In this document: positions 1 through 12,336 of the stretch, piece by piece | Numbering within the stretch: position 1 is the first letter of the stretch | Layout: each line of letters opens with the position of its first letter | Origin: Mobula hypostoma | Lineage: Eukaryota | NCBI RefSeq assembly: GCF_963921235.1 | Contig: NW_026948113.1 | Location: 372,001-436,000, forward strand | Direction of reading: 5' to 3' | DNA length: 64,000 nt | The notes under the pieces: model-generated | What the model saw: only the letters and a program-made list of their open reading frames with translations | Told to the model about the DNA's origin: nothing | The model's database searches: none | Made by a program: the position numbers and the translations under genes

Positions 1-1179
1 CAGCGTACTGAAAGTGTTGCTTTGATCACAGCATCTGCAGACTACTCTGTGTTTACGACTCGTTAGAGGTCTCTTAGCTCAGTATAGCAGTGCGCAATTG
101 GGCCATGTTTATTTAGTTGAGACCATTCTCAGTGAGATAGGGAAGGCTGTTGATAATTGGTGAGTACTATATTGCACGGAGGGGAAGATGATAGGTTGAC
201 GAGGAGCATGAAGTGTGTTTTCTGAGCATTCAATAGACTCACCCAACTTGGGTTGTGACGTCAGCCTCTCCCTCCTGAATTACTTCCCCTTACGTGCCAC
301 CAACTGACTTATGGGAGTGAACAAACTCTACCAGTTTGTAGTCAAAAGTTGGAGGGAAATTTTCATTCTAAAGGTGGTCCAATGTGGTGAATTTTTGAAG
401 AGGAGGTGTGAGATAGAAGATTCTAGATCTAGGCCTATGGACAATTCTGCTAAGGTTACAATCTTCTGAGTCATTTCACTGCACTAGTGCAACAACAGAC
501 GCAAAAAAGTCCATCTTTACAATAAAATCTGCTTATCAATGGGTTTTACATGGACTGGTGATCAAAGTTGTCCTAATCCATTGTGCCTAGTCTGTGGCAA
601 ACAACAAGCAGAGAGTTTAACACATGCTAGGCCAATGTCTGAGCCTGATCATGACACTTGCTAAGAAAATGTGTTTTCAAAAACTTGTATAAAATCATGT
701 CTTAGGCTATAATTTTATTCATATTGCTTTGGCTCGTAGTTTTTAGTAACTTTACTATTTAACATTGTCAATAAATTTTCATGTTGTAAATAGCATTAAT
801 TAAAATCAATTTACAACTTTTATTTAAATTAAACCTACCGAGCCCACCTTTAGAAAAATTAAATCCTATTTTGGCTTAAGCCATTTATTTAACAGAAACT
901 TATTATGTTTGCCTTACGAGGTTTTAAAATTTATGAAAGAGAAACAAAGAGATTAATTTCAAGAAAGCTAGCTAAGTTTAACTGCCTGTTTCTTTTCCCA
1001 AGAAAGGTTCTCTACTCAAAAGAGCATTGACAACTATTTTTGGATGACTATATCCACAACTTACTGATCATACTAACATACCGTGAGCTATAGATATAAT
1101 AATTTATACGTAGGGGGTTCCCTGAGACCTGAAAATTATTTCAAGGGTTCTTCCAGGGCAAAAAGGTTGAGAAAGGCTG
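1..1179 (+). mobile_element. hAT (Charlie/Buster-like) DNA transposon, internally deleted; left end outside window
   Basis: 530-606 translates CLSMGFTWTGDQSCPNPLCLVCGKQQ, resembling the N-terminus of Buster/Charlie transposases. 1164-1179 AGGTTGAGAAAGGCTG is a Charlie-type right TIR, followed by GTTTACAT (NNNTANNN target pattern). Confidence 0.7.
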
Positions 1180-1189
1180 GTTTACATAC

Positions 1190-2110
1190 GTACTGCTAAA
1201 GGCCGATGTTAAGCAGGCACTTGATGTACTGAATGCTGCCATCGGCAAGTAAGAAACAGCCTAACCCAATATCTTTCAGATCATTGGTGGAGGCTTTAAT
1301 TAGGCTTGTATGAAGAAATCTCTGCCCAATTAACATCAACATATCACCTGCAGCACCAGGGGTCCCAACATACTCAGCCACTGCTATACTAACATAAGAA
1401 AGAGCTACCATTCAAACTCTAGACTGCATTTTCGGAAATCAGGCTTTATAAAAACAGTTATAGACATTTGTGTCCCCACAAAATCATTCAGAGTCTTCCT
1501 CAACCAGAAGCCCTGGATGAACCATGAGATCCAGAATCCTATGAGGGTCAGATCAGTGACATTCAGTACTGGTGTCCAAGTAAAATAAAAGGGATCTAGG
1601 TGCGATCTCCAGAAAGCCATCTCACATGTACAGTGGCAATTCAAGACCAGACTTGAATCAGTGAAGGATGCTGAACAGCTGTGGCAGGGCTCGGATGCAA
1701 TTACCTCCTACAAGTGAGACCAAGCGACACAGGTAACCACAAGGCTTTGCTGCCAGATGAACTCAAAGCCTTTTATGCTTGCTTTGACCATGGAGGCACC
1801 TTCACAAACTCTCACAGCTCCTGGTGACCCTGTGATTTCAGTCTCTGAAGTCGACGTGAGAACATCCTTCATGAGGCTGAACCCACAGAAAGTATCTGGC
1901 CCAGATGGGGTACCTGCCTGAGTACTAAAGACCTATGCTGATCAACTGGTTGGAGTGTTTACCAATATCTTTAACCTCTTGCTTCACCAGTCTGTGGTAC
2001 CCACCTACTTCAAGTAGTCTTCAACTATACCTGTGCCTAAGAAGAACATAGTAACCTGCCTCAATGCTGTTGTCCCTTTGTACTTACATCCATTGTGATG
2101 AAGTTTGAAA
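1190..2110 (+). mobile_element. Rex1/Babar-type LINE fragment (decayed APE to start of RT)
   Basis: Stop-riddled remnants QHITCSTRGPNIL, NQKPWMNHEIQ and GPDGVP, matching the better-preserved copies at 8015-9814 and 13547-16615. Confidence 0.7.
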
Positions 2111-2112
2111 GG

Positions 2113-2875
2113 GATCCCCCCACCACCAAGCACATCATTCCCTGTCCCCCCACCACCAAGCTCATCATTCCCTGCCCCCCACCACCAAGCTCATTATTCC
2201 CTGCCCCCCATCACCAAGCACATCATTCCCTGCCCCCCACCACCAAGCTCATCATTCCCTGTCCCCCCACCACCAAGCTCATCATTCCCTGTCCCCCCAC
2301 CACCAAGCTCATCATTCCCTGCCCCCCCACCACAAAGCACATCTTTCCGTTCCCCCCACCACCAAGCACATCATTGTGCCCCCCCCACCAAGCACATCAT
2401 TCCCTGCCCCCCACCACCAAGCACATCATTCCGTGCCCCTCCACCACCAGGCACATCATTCCATGTCCGCCCCCACCACATCATTCCACCCCCCACCACC
2501 AAGCACATCATTCCACTCCCCACCACCAAGCACATCATTCCGTGCCCCCCCACCACATCATTCCACCCTCCCACCAGCAAGCACATCATCCCGTGCCCCC
2601 CCACCACCACCAGGCACATCATTCCATGCCCCCGCAACACCAAGTACATCATTCTGTGCCCCCCCACCACCAAGCACATCATTCCCTGCCCCCCCCATCA
2701 CCAAGCACATCATTCTGTGCCCCCCCCACCACATTCCGGCCCCCCACCACCAAGCACATCATTCCACCCCCCCACCACTAAGCACATCATTCCGCATCCC
2801 CCCACCACATTCTGTGCCCCCCCACATCATTCCACCCCCCCCCAACAAGCACATCATTCCGCCCCTTGAAAGCAG
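2113..2875. repeat. C-rich minisatellite, ~29-30 bp unit, roughly 25 degenerate copies
   Basis: Unit CCCCCCACCACCAAG(C)ACATCATTCCCTGY read directly. It explains the overlapping Pro/His-rich ORFs 2095-2948. Confidence 0.95.
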
Positions 2876-3680
2876 AACAATTGCTACACCTGCCCCTACA
2901 TCTCCTCCCCAACTACCATTTAAGGCCCCAAACAGTCCTTCCAGGTGAGGCGATACTTCACTTGTGAGCCTGTTGGGGTCATTTACTGTGTCCGGTTCTC
3001 CCAGCCCAGCCTCCTGTATATCAGTAAGACTCAACGTAAATTGGAAGACCATTTCGCGGAGCACCTATACTCCATCTGCCAGAAGAAGTGTGATCTCCCA
3101 GTGGCCACCCATTTTAATTCCACTTCCCATTCCGATTCCCTCCTCCATGGCCTCCTCTACTGTCATGATGAGGCCACACTCAGGTTGGAGGAACAACATC
3201 TTATATTCCGTCTGGGTAGCCTCCAACCTGATCGCATGAACATCAATTTCTTGAACTTCCGTTAATGCCCCCCCCCCACCTTCTCCTTCACCATGCCCCT
3301 TTCGCTCTCTCACCTTATCTCCTTGCCTGCCCATCACCTCTGTCTGGTGCTTCTCCTCACTTTTCTTTCTTGCATGGCCTCTGTTCTCTCCTATTGGACT
3401 CCCCCTTCTCCAGCCCTGTATCTCTTTCACCAACCAACATCCCAGCTCTTTACTTCATCCCTCCTCCTCCCAATTTCATCTATCACTTTGTGTTTCTCTC
3501 TCCCCTCCCCCACCTTTTAATTCGACTCCTCATTTTTTTTCTCCAGTCCTGCCAAAGGGTCTCGGCCTAAGATGTCAATTGTACTTTTTTTCCATAGATG
3601 CTACCTGGGCTGCTGAGTTCCTCCAGCATTTGGTGTGTGTTGCTTGGAATTCCAGCATCTGCTGATTTTCTCTTGTCTGT
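2866..3680 (+). mobile_element. Penelope-like element 3' part (GIY-YIG remnant plus terminal repeat)
   Basis: ORF 2945-3265 (YFTCEPVGVIYCVRFS...LLYISKTQRKLEDHFAEHL...LRLEEQHLIFRLGSLQP) is a PLE GIY-YIG domain. A decayed hammerhead-like motif lies at 3544-3581. Confidence 0.85.
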
Positions 3681-4395
3681 ACTTCAAAATTTCACTTCTG
3701 AAGGTTTCCCATTTGCCAAGTACACCTTTGCCAGAAAACAGACTGTCCCAGTTCCCACTTGCCAGATTCTTTCTGATACCATCAAAATTGGCCTTTCTCC
3801 AATCACAACCTGCGGACAAGACCTATCTTTCTGCATATTTATTTTGAAACTAATGCCATTATGAGCACCAGGTGCAAAGCTTTTTCCTACACAAACTTCT
3901 GTCACCTGCCCTGTCTCATTCCCTAAAGGCAGATTAAGTACTGCACACTCTCTCATTGGACTTCTGTGTACTGATTAAGGAAACTTTCCTGAACACATTT
4001 GATAAACTCCGTGAAAAGTTAAAATCACCAACTATAACAACTTAATGTTTCTTGCAACAGTCTGCGATCTGTCTGCAAATTTATTCCTCTAAATCCCATA
4101 GACCATTGGGTGGTCTATAATATAGCCACATTAACACGAACACCTTTCATATTACTCACTGCCACCCATAAAGCCTCACTAGATGAGTCCTCCAGTCTGT
4201 CCTGACTGAGCACTGATGTGACATTTTCCCTGACTATTAATGCCACTCCTCCCCCTTTAATTCCCCCTGCACTGTTGCATCTGAAATTGCAGATCCCCAG
4301 AATATTGAACTGCCTGTCTTCACCCTCCTGCAACTAATGTCTCACTAATGTGTACAATATCTTATCCATGCTCCGAGCTCATCTGCCTTTCTTAT
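3680..4395 (-). mobile_element. CR1 LINE endonuclease-region fragment
   Basis: Minus ORFs CDWRKANFDGIRKNLASGNWDSLFSGKGVLGKWETFRSEI and GIKGGGVALIVRENVT match the CR1 ORF2 APE region. Confidence 0.75.
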
Positions 4396-5960
4396 GAATT
4401 AAGTTGGCTTTATTTCTTACATCCTTCATATACCTGAGGAGTAAAAACGTTACGTCTCTGTCTAAATGTAGAATGTGCAATTTATAGTAATTTATAATAA
4501 ATGGTATGAACAACAGGACAGTCAATATAACATAGAACTATACTTGTATCAGCATGAATTAATCAATCTGATGGCCTGGTGGAAGAAGCTGTCCCGGAGC
4601 CTGTTGGTCCTGGTTTTTATGCTGCGGTACCATTTCCTGGATGGTAGCAGCTGGAACAGATTGCAGTTGGGGTGACTCGGGTCCCCAACGATCCCAGCCC
4701 TTTTTACACACCTGTCTTTGTAAATGTCCTGAATAGTTGGAAGTTCACATCTACAGATGCGCTGGGCTGTCCACACCACTCTCTGCTGAGTCCTGCGATT
4801 GAGGGAAGTACAGTTCCCATACCAGGCAGTGATGCAGCCAGTCAGGATGCTGTCAATTGTGCCCCCGTAGAAAGATCTTAGGATTTGGGGGCCCATACCA
4901 AACTTCTTCAACCATCTGAGGTGAAAGAGGCACATGAAATCCTCGGTGATGTGGATGCCGAAGAACTTAAAGCTGTTCACCTTCTCAACCCCAGATCCAT
5001 TGATATCAATAGGTGTTAGCCTGTCTCCATTCCTCCTGTAATCCAGAACCTGCTCCTCTGTTTTTGCGACATTGAGGGAGAAGTTGTTTTCTTGACATCA
5101 CTGTGTCAGGGTGATGACTTCCTCTCTGTAGGCTGCCTCATTGTTATTTGAGATAAGGCCAATCACTACAGTGTGGTCAGAAAATTTAATCAGCAGATTG
5201 GAGCTGTGGGTAGTGACACAGTCATGGGAATACAGAGAGTAAAGGAGGGAGCTTAGGACACAGCCCTGAGGGGCATTTGGGTTGAGGGGCAGAGGTGAAG
5301 GCGCCCACTCTTACAAACTACCAATGATCTGACAGGAAGTCCAGGATCCAGCTACACAAAGTAGGGTGAAGGCCGAGGTCTCTGAGCTTCCTGTCGAGCC
5401 TGGAGGGAATTATGGTGTTGAATGCTGAACTGCAGACCAAGAACAGCATGCTCACATAAGCATCCCTCTTTTCCTGGTGTGAAGAGCTGTGGGTAATCGT
5501 CTGTCAATCAGTTGTATCAGTAGACAAATTATAGGTGATCCAGTTTATGTGGTAGCAAACTGCAGATGCAGTCCTTGAGCAGCCTATCAAAGCATTTGCT
5601 TATTACTACAGGACGCCAGTCGTTCAGACATGTTACCTTGGGCTTTTTCGGTACAGGAACAATGGTGGATGTTTTGAAGCAGGAGGGCACTCTACACTGG
5701 GAGAGGGAGAGATTAAAAATGTCCGTAAGCACACCTGCCAGTTGTGCCGAGCACACTCTGAGTACCCGGCCAGGGAAGCCATCTGGTCTCGAAGCCTTGC
5801 GACTGCCCACTCATTGGAAACACTTGCATATTTCAGCCTCCGAGATGACCGGGCTGCAGGTCGCATGGAATATACTTCTTGCATTGGATATACACAGTTC
5901 AGGACATTAGTTGTACCATGCTCAATCTTTTAGCATAGACTTAGTCTGAGGTCTTAGCAA
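4395..5960 (-). mobile_element. Rex1/Babar-type LINE, 5'-truncated, with deletions
   Basis: ORFs 4549-4980 (FKFFGIHITED...SILTGCITAWYGNC) and 5529-5810 ([33 protein letters not shown]). Confidence 0.85.
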
Positions 5961-6239
5961 AATCTGTCTCCTCAACCTCTCCACTATCTGGTTTGGCACT
6001 CTCGTTCCCATTCCCCCTTTAACTCTCTGACAGTGTCCATTCCAGCAATGGGTGCTCCAATGTTTCAGGAGGCCCACGACCCACACTCTGTGATGCAGGA
6101 ACAGCTTCTTCACTTTTGGATTAACATTAATGAATGTTACATGAATCCATGAATACTACCTCATTATTCCTTTTTTTGCTCTATTTATATATTCTGTAAC
6201 TTACAGCAATTTTTAGGTTTTAGCCACAAAGCAAGAAAT

Positions 6240-7320
6240 TTCACAACAACACACAAAAACTGCTGGAGGAACTCCAAAGGTCAGACAGCATGTATGGAAA
6301 TGATTAAACTGTCGACATTTCGGCCAAAATCTTTCATCAGGGCTGAGAAGGATGGGGGATGGAACCAGAAAAAGAAGGTGGGGCGAAGGGGAGGAGGACC
6401 AGCTAGAAGGTGGTATTCCAGGTGGGTGCGGGAGGGGTAAGGTGGGAAGCTGGGGGGTAATGAGTGGAAACCGTAAAGGGCTGGGAAAGAAGGAATCTGA
6501 TAGAAAAGAGTTGGTCATAGGAGAAAGAGAAGGAGGAGGGTACCAGGATAAGTGATAGGCAGGTGAGGAGAAAAAGAGACCAGATTGGGGAAATGAGGAA
6601 AAGGGAAGGGACAGAGAAAACAAATACCGGAAGTTGGAGAAATTGATGTTCATGCCATCAGACTGGAGGCTACCTAGATGAAATACGAGGTGTTGCTCCT
6701 CCAACTTGAGAGAGGACCCAGAGTGGCAGAAGAGGAGGCCATGGACCAACATTAGAACAGGAATGGGGATAGGAATTGAAATGGTTGGCTACTGGGAAAT
6801 TCTGCGTTTTGCTGATGGACCTGCTTCATAAAGAGGACCCGCAGTCTGCGTCAGGGCTCACCACTGTAGAGGCTGCTACACTAGGAGCACCGGATACAAT
6901 ACGTGGCACCAATAGATTCACAGGTGAAGTGTTGCCTCAGTTGGAAGGACTGTTTGGGGCCCTGAATGGAGGTGAGGGAGGAGGTGAATGGACAAGTACA
7001 GAACTTCTGCCACTTGCAGGATAAGTGCCAATAGGGAGATTTACGAGGAAGGATGAATGGACAAAGGAATCATGGAGGTAGAAATTCCTGCAGAGAGTGG
7101 AGAGGGGGTAAGGTAAAGCGTGTTTGATAGCAGGGTCCCGTTGAAGATGGCAGACGTTGGAGAGAATGATGTGTCGGATATGGAGGCTCATGGGTGGTCA
7201 GTGAGGACAAGAGGAACTGTACCCGTGTTATGGCAGTGGGAGATGGGGTGAGTGCTGATGCCTGGGAAATGTTGGAGATGTGGGTGAGATCAGCATCCAT
7301 GATGGGGAAGGGAAAGCCCA
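6240..7320 (-). mobile_element. Penelope-like element fragment
   Basis: ORFs 6213-6752 (LKLEEQHLVFHLGSLQSDG) and 6937-7191 (LQRDPAIKHALP). A hammerhead-core motif lies at 6309-6345. Confidence 0.8.
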
Positions 7321-8014
7321 TTTCACAACATATAAGGGAATGACATTAAAACAGTTCTAATTTTGTAGCTGGGTGGTGCAGGGTGGAGCAAGAGCAGGCA
7401 GACAATAGTACGTGCCAGTAAGGCGGAATATAGGCAGATGGAGAAGGCAAGAGAGGAAGAAAAGTGTCTTGACCAGAAATTTTGACTGCCCACTTCCTTC
7501 CATAAATGCTGCCTGACCTCCTGAGTTCCTTAGTTCACACTGTATGTGTGTTTTTAGCCATTATTCCCTGACATTAAAATTGCTTTTCGAGAACCCCTCC
7601 ACTAGTCTAACAGGTTCTAGCTATTCCAGCTATTCCTGAGCGGTCATCTGAGAACAGGAATCAGCACAAACAGAATCAAAGAGATGAGGTAAACAGGAAG
7701 AAACAATGCTGGAGGAACTCAGCAACCAGGCAGCATCTGAGGGGGAAAATGAACAGTCAATATTTAGGGCAGAGACCCTTCATCTTTATTGAAAGTTAGA
7801 GAGATGATAATCAGTTTAAAGAGGTGGGAAGAAGTGGCAAATGATAGGTGGATCCAGGAGAGGATGCGTGACAGGAGAGGAACATGCCCTCTTCTCATTG
7901 CTACCATCATGGAGGAGGTTTAAGACAAACACACACATTTTAGGAACAGTTTCATCCCCTCTGCCATCAGATTTCTGAATGGACCTTGAATCAACCCATG
8001 AACACTACCTCACT

Positions 8015-9814
8015 AACCAGAGGGATGCCAGTAGACTATGGCAGGGTCTAAATGAGATCACTGGGCACAAAGAAAAGGCTGGGAATATCAATAACTGTGG
8101 TGCTTCTCTTCCTGACAAACTTAATGTATTCTACGCAAGATTCAAAGAGAAGAGGGGCATCCTGCTCCCTCCGGATGAACCGGACCTGGTGGCGTTGAGA
8201 TTCATCGTCACTGAGGAGGATGTTAGAAGGACCTTCCTGAAGATAAATCTAAGGAAGGCGACGGGCCCAGATGGTGTCCCAGGACGGGTTCTCCGTCATG
8301 TGCAAACGAGCTAGCTGGAGTGTTTGCTGACATCTTCAACTGCTCCTTGCTTCAGTCTAAGATCCCCTCGTGTTTTAAGAAGGCAATGATAATCCCAGTG
8401 CTGAAGAAGAGCAAGGTGGCATGCCTGAATGACTATCGACCTGTGGCTCTGACATCAATCGCTATGAAGTGCTTCAAGCGATTGGTTATGGCACACATCA
8501 ACCACAGCCTACCGGTCAACCTCGACGCTTTGCAATTCGCCTACTGGAGCAACAGGTCAATGGCAGATGCCATCTCTCTGGCCCTACATTCCTCCTTAGA
8601 ACTCCTGGAGAATAAAGACGACTACGTAAGGCTCCTTTTTATTTACTACAGCTCTGCCCTTAATACCAACTTTCCAAATAAACTGATTCCTAAGCTCCGG
8701 AACCTGGGCCTTAGCACTCAGATCTGCAGCTGGATCTTCAACTTCCTCACAGACAGGACCCAGGCTGTAAAAACAGGGGACAAGCTCTCCTCTACAATCA
8801 CTCTGAGCACTGGTGCCCCACAAGGCTGTGTACTCAGCCCCCTGCTGTACTCACTGTACATCCATGACTGTGTAGCCAAGTTTCCATCGAACTCAATATA
8901 TAAGTTTGCTGATGACACAACGATTGTTGGCTGTATCTTGGGTAATGATGAGTTTGAGTACAGAGATGAAATTAAGAACCTGGTGGCATGGTGTGAAGGC
9001 AATAACCTATCCCTCCATGTCAGCAAGACGAAGGAATTGGTTGTTGACTTCAGAAGGAGTAGTGGACCACACGACCCAATTTACATCGGTGGTGCGCAAG
9101 TGGAACAGGTCAAAAGCTTTAAGTTCCTCGGGGTCAATATCACAAATGACCTGACTTAGTCCGACCAAGCAGAGTCCACTGCCAAGAAGGCCCACCAGCG
9201 CCTTTACTTCCTGAGAAAACTAAAGAAATTTGGCCTGTCCCCTAAAAACCCTCACTAATTTTTATGGATGCACAACGGAAAGCATTCTTCTAGGGTGCAT
9301 CACAACCTGGTATGAAAGTTGTCCTGTCCAAGACCGGAAGAAGCTGCAGAAGATAGTGAACACAGCGCAGCACATCACACAAACCAATCTTCCACCCTTG
9401 GACTCACTTTACACCGCACGCTGTTGGAGCAGTGCTGCCAGGATAATCAAGGACACGACCCACCCAGCCAATGGACTTTTCGTCCCTCTTCCCTCGGGGA
9501 GAAGGCTCAGGAGCTTGAAGACTCATACGGCCAGATTTGGGAACAGCTTCTTTCCAACTGTGATAAGACTGCTGAACGGATCCTGACCTGGATCTGGACC
9601 ATACCCTGCAAAAATCCGGACCTGCCTCTCAGTTTTTTTGCAGTACCTTACTTTCCATTTTTCTATTTTCTATTTATGATTTATAATTTAAATTTAAAAT
9701 CTTTACTATCAATTTGTACTCCAGGGAGCGGGAAGCACAGAATCAAATATCACTGTGATGATTGTACATTCTAGTATCAATTGTTTGGTGACAATAAAGT
9801 ATAAAGTATAAAGT
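8015..9814 (+). mobile_element. Rex1/Babar-type LINE, 5'-truncated, relatively young; RT domain
   Basis: ORF 8320-9159 carries [28 protein letters not shown] and YKFADD. There is a frameshift near 8296, a TAG at 9157-9159 and a frameshift near 9245. The 3' end is AATAAA plus an (AAAGTAT)n tail. Confidence 0.92.
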
Positions 9815-11223
9815 AACACACAAAAAAGTTGCTGGTGAATGCAGCAGGCCAGGCAGCATCTCTAGGAAGAGGTACAGTCGACGTTTCAGGCCGTGTCCCT
9901 TTGTCAGGACTAACTGAAGGAAGAGCTAGTAAGAGATTTGAAAGTGGAAGGGGGAGGGGGAGATCCGAAATGATAGGAGAAGACAGGAGGGGGAGGGATG
10001 AAGCCAAGAGCTGGACAGGTGATTGGCAAAAGGGATATGAGAGGATCATGGGACAGGAGGTCCAGGGAGAAGGAAAAGGGGGGGAGAGCCCAGAGGATGG
10101 GCAAGGGATATAGTCAGAGCGACAGAGGGAGAAAAAGGAGAGTGAGAGAAAGAGCATGTGTATATAAATAAATAACGGATGGGGTACGAGGGGGAGGTGG
10201 GGCATTAGCAGAAGTTAGAGAAGTCAGTGTTCATGCCATCAGGTTGGAGCCTACCCAGACAGAATATAAGGTGTTGTTTCTCGAACCTGAGTGTGACTTC
10301 ATCTTTACAGTAGAGGAGGCCGTGGATAGACATGTCAGAATGAGAATGGGATGTGGAATTAAAATGTGTGGCCACTGGGAGATCCTGCTTTCTCTGGCAG
10401 ACAGAGCGTAGGTGTTCAGCAAAACAATCGCCCAGTCTGCGTTGGGTCTCGCCAATATATAGAAGGCTGCATCGGGAGCACCGGACACAGTATATCACCT
10501 CAACCGACTCACAGGTGAAGTGTCGCCTCACCTGGAAGAACTGTCTGGGGCCCTGAATGGTGGTAAGGGAGGAAGTGTAAGGGCATGTGTAGCACTTGTT
10601 CCGCTTACAAGGATAAGTGCCAGGAGGGAGATCAGTGGGGAAGGATGGGGGCGGGGTACGAATGGACAAGGGAGTCACGTAGGGAGCGATCCCTGCAGAA
10701 AGCAGAGAGGTGGGGGGATGGAAAGATGTGCTTAGTGGTGGGATCCAGTTGGAGGTGGCAGAAGTTACGGAGAATAATATGTTGGACCCAGAGGCTGCTG
10801 GGGTGGTAGGTGAGTTGTTTATTTATATACACACATTCCTTCTCGCACTCTCCTTTTTCTCCTTCTGTCCCTCTAACTATACCCCTTGCCGTCCTCTGGG
10901 TTCCTCCCCCTCCCTCTTTTCCTTCTCCCTGGGCCTCCTGTCCCATGATCCTCTCATATCCCTTTTGCCAATCACCTGTCCAGCTCTTGGCTCCATCCCT
11001 CCCCCTCCTGACTTCTCCTATCATTTTGGATCTCCCCCTCCCCCTCCCACTTTCAAATCTCTTACTAGCTCTTCCTTCAGTTAGTCTGACGAAGGGTCTT
11101 AGCCTGAAACGTCGACTGTACCTCTTCCTAGGGATGCTGCCTGGCCTGCTACGTTCACTAGGAACTTTGATATGTGTTGCTTGAATTTCCAGCATCTGCA
11201 GAATTCCTCGCGTTTGCATTTTT
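9815..11223 (-). mobile_element. Penelope-like element with inverted duplicated terminal repeat
   Basis: GIY-YIG ORF 10205-10678 (-). Arms 9815-10176 and 10814-11178 are reverse complements. AAAGTATAAAGT flanks both sides (9803-9814 and 11224-11235). Confidence 0.88.
11081..11119 (+). ncRNA. Minimal type-I hammerhead ribozyme motif (PLE-associated), core intact, stem I imperfect
   Basis: TTAGT-CTGACGA-AGGGTCTTAGCCT-GAAAC-GTC-GACTG gives a CUGANGA/GAAA core, a short stem II, a palindromic ACGU stem III and a GUC triplet. Confidence 0.5.
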
Positions 11224-11239
11224 AAAGTATAAAGTTCTA

Positions 11240-11543
11240 TGTTTTGCTCTTTTTGGACATCCACACTCACCCCATCTTCCTGCCACCTTAAGAGCGATAG
11301 AGAATCTCTGTTCCCTTCTACCTCACCATGACCATCCAAGCAGTCCTTCCAGGTAACCTGTGAATCTGTTTAGGTATTCTATTGTATTAGGTGCTCCCGA
11401 TGTGGCCTCCTCTATATTGGTGTGATCTGACATAAACTGAGGGACTGCTTCGTCGAGCACCTCCGCTTTATCCACCAAAAGCAGAATTTCCCGGTGGCCA
11501 ATATTTTAATTTTTCTCTGCAATTCCCATTCCTCTTCTGTCAC
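11240..11543 (+). mobile_element. Penelope-like element, left half (split by Gypsy; continues 18748-19210)
   Basis: GIY-YIG remnant (TCESV..YCIRCSRCGLLYIG-like) stops at the LTR and resumes after the 3' LTR with CACAATGAGGCCACTCT. Confidence 0.75.
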
Positions 11544-12336
11544 TGTAACGCTCTGGTTAATATTTTTACTGCTATGCTGTAGGGATTTCATTTTAGCAGT
11601 TCTGTAAGAGCACTCTGTTCAACTTTCAGCCTGTTTGGGTTTGAGCTGAGATAAGGGGCTTTGTTGTTCTACTACAGAATGTGGTGTCAGCCAGACAGGG
11701 TGGTGGAATTGGGAGAAGGTTCTAGAGAACGTTGGGCAGAGAGTTTTTGTGAGGGACACTGGTGTGGGTCTTGGTCTTTGTTGGCAGGAGCTGGGAGAAG
11801 GCAGGAGGGAAGATGGCTGAGGATGCCGTGCCTGTTGCATAAGGTGCTTTGTGCAGATGAATGGCTTCAAGGAGGAAGAACCAATACTCCAGTGGGGGAG
11901 CCTGTTTGTTCAAGATGATTTTCGAGCGACATTCGGAAGTTGCAGTGTGTACATTGAAAACAACAGCTTCTGGAAAATGTAAGCTCCACCGTGCACATGT
12001 GGCTGTTTAAGTATAATGGGCCTTTTTTTGTTTTCTTCTTTCTTTCCTTAAATAACTGGTTGCTTAAGTTAACAGTCTTAAACATACTTCTTTACAATTG
12101 CATGCAGTGTACGACCTGTTGTTTCTTGTCAGGGGCAGTAAATTACACAGCATTCACACAAACCGTGGTTTGCGTTGGCGAGACTTCACAATCTCACATA
12201 TTTGGTGGGATCAAAGTTGTATACACTCTAGATGTATGAAGACTAAGAAAGGTGGGTTTCTCGCCACAGTCCCGCGGCTGTTAGCGAGGGGCTAATGAGC
12301 CACATTACCAGAGATGGCCAGTACAAAGGGGTTTCA
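11544..12336 (+). repeat. Gypsy 5' LTR
   Basis: TG...CA termini and homology to ~17994-18747. Confidence 0.85.

Noticed and set aside
2095-2948. Long Pro/His-rich ORFs in several frames; superficially CRISPR-like periodicity
   Set aside because: These are by-products of a stop-poor minisatellite. There are no unique spacers and no cas genes, and the context is eukaryotic.
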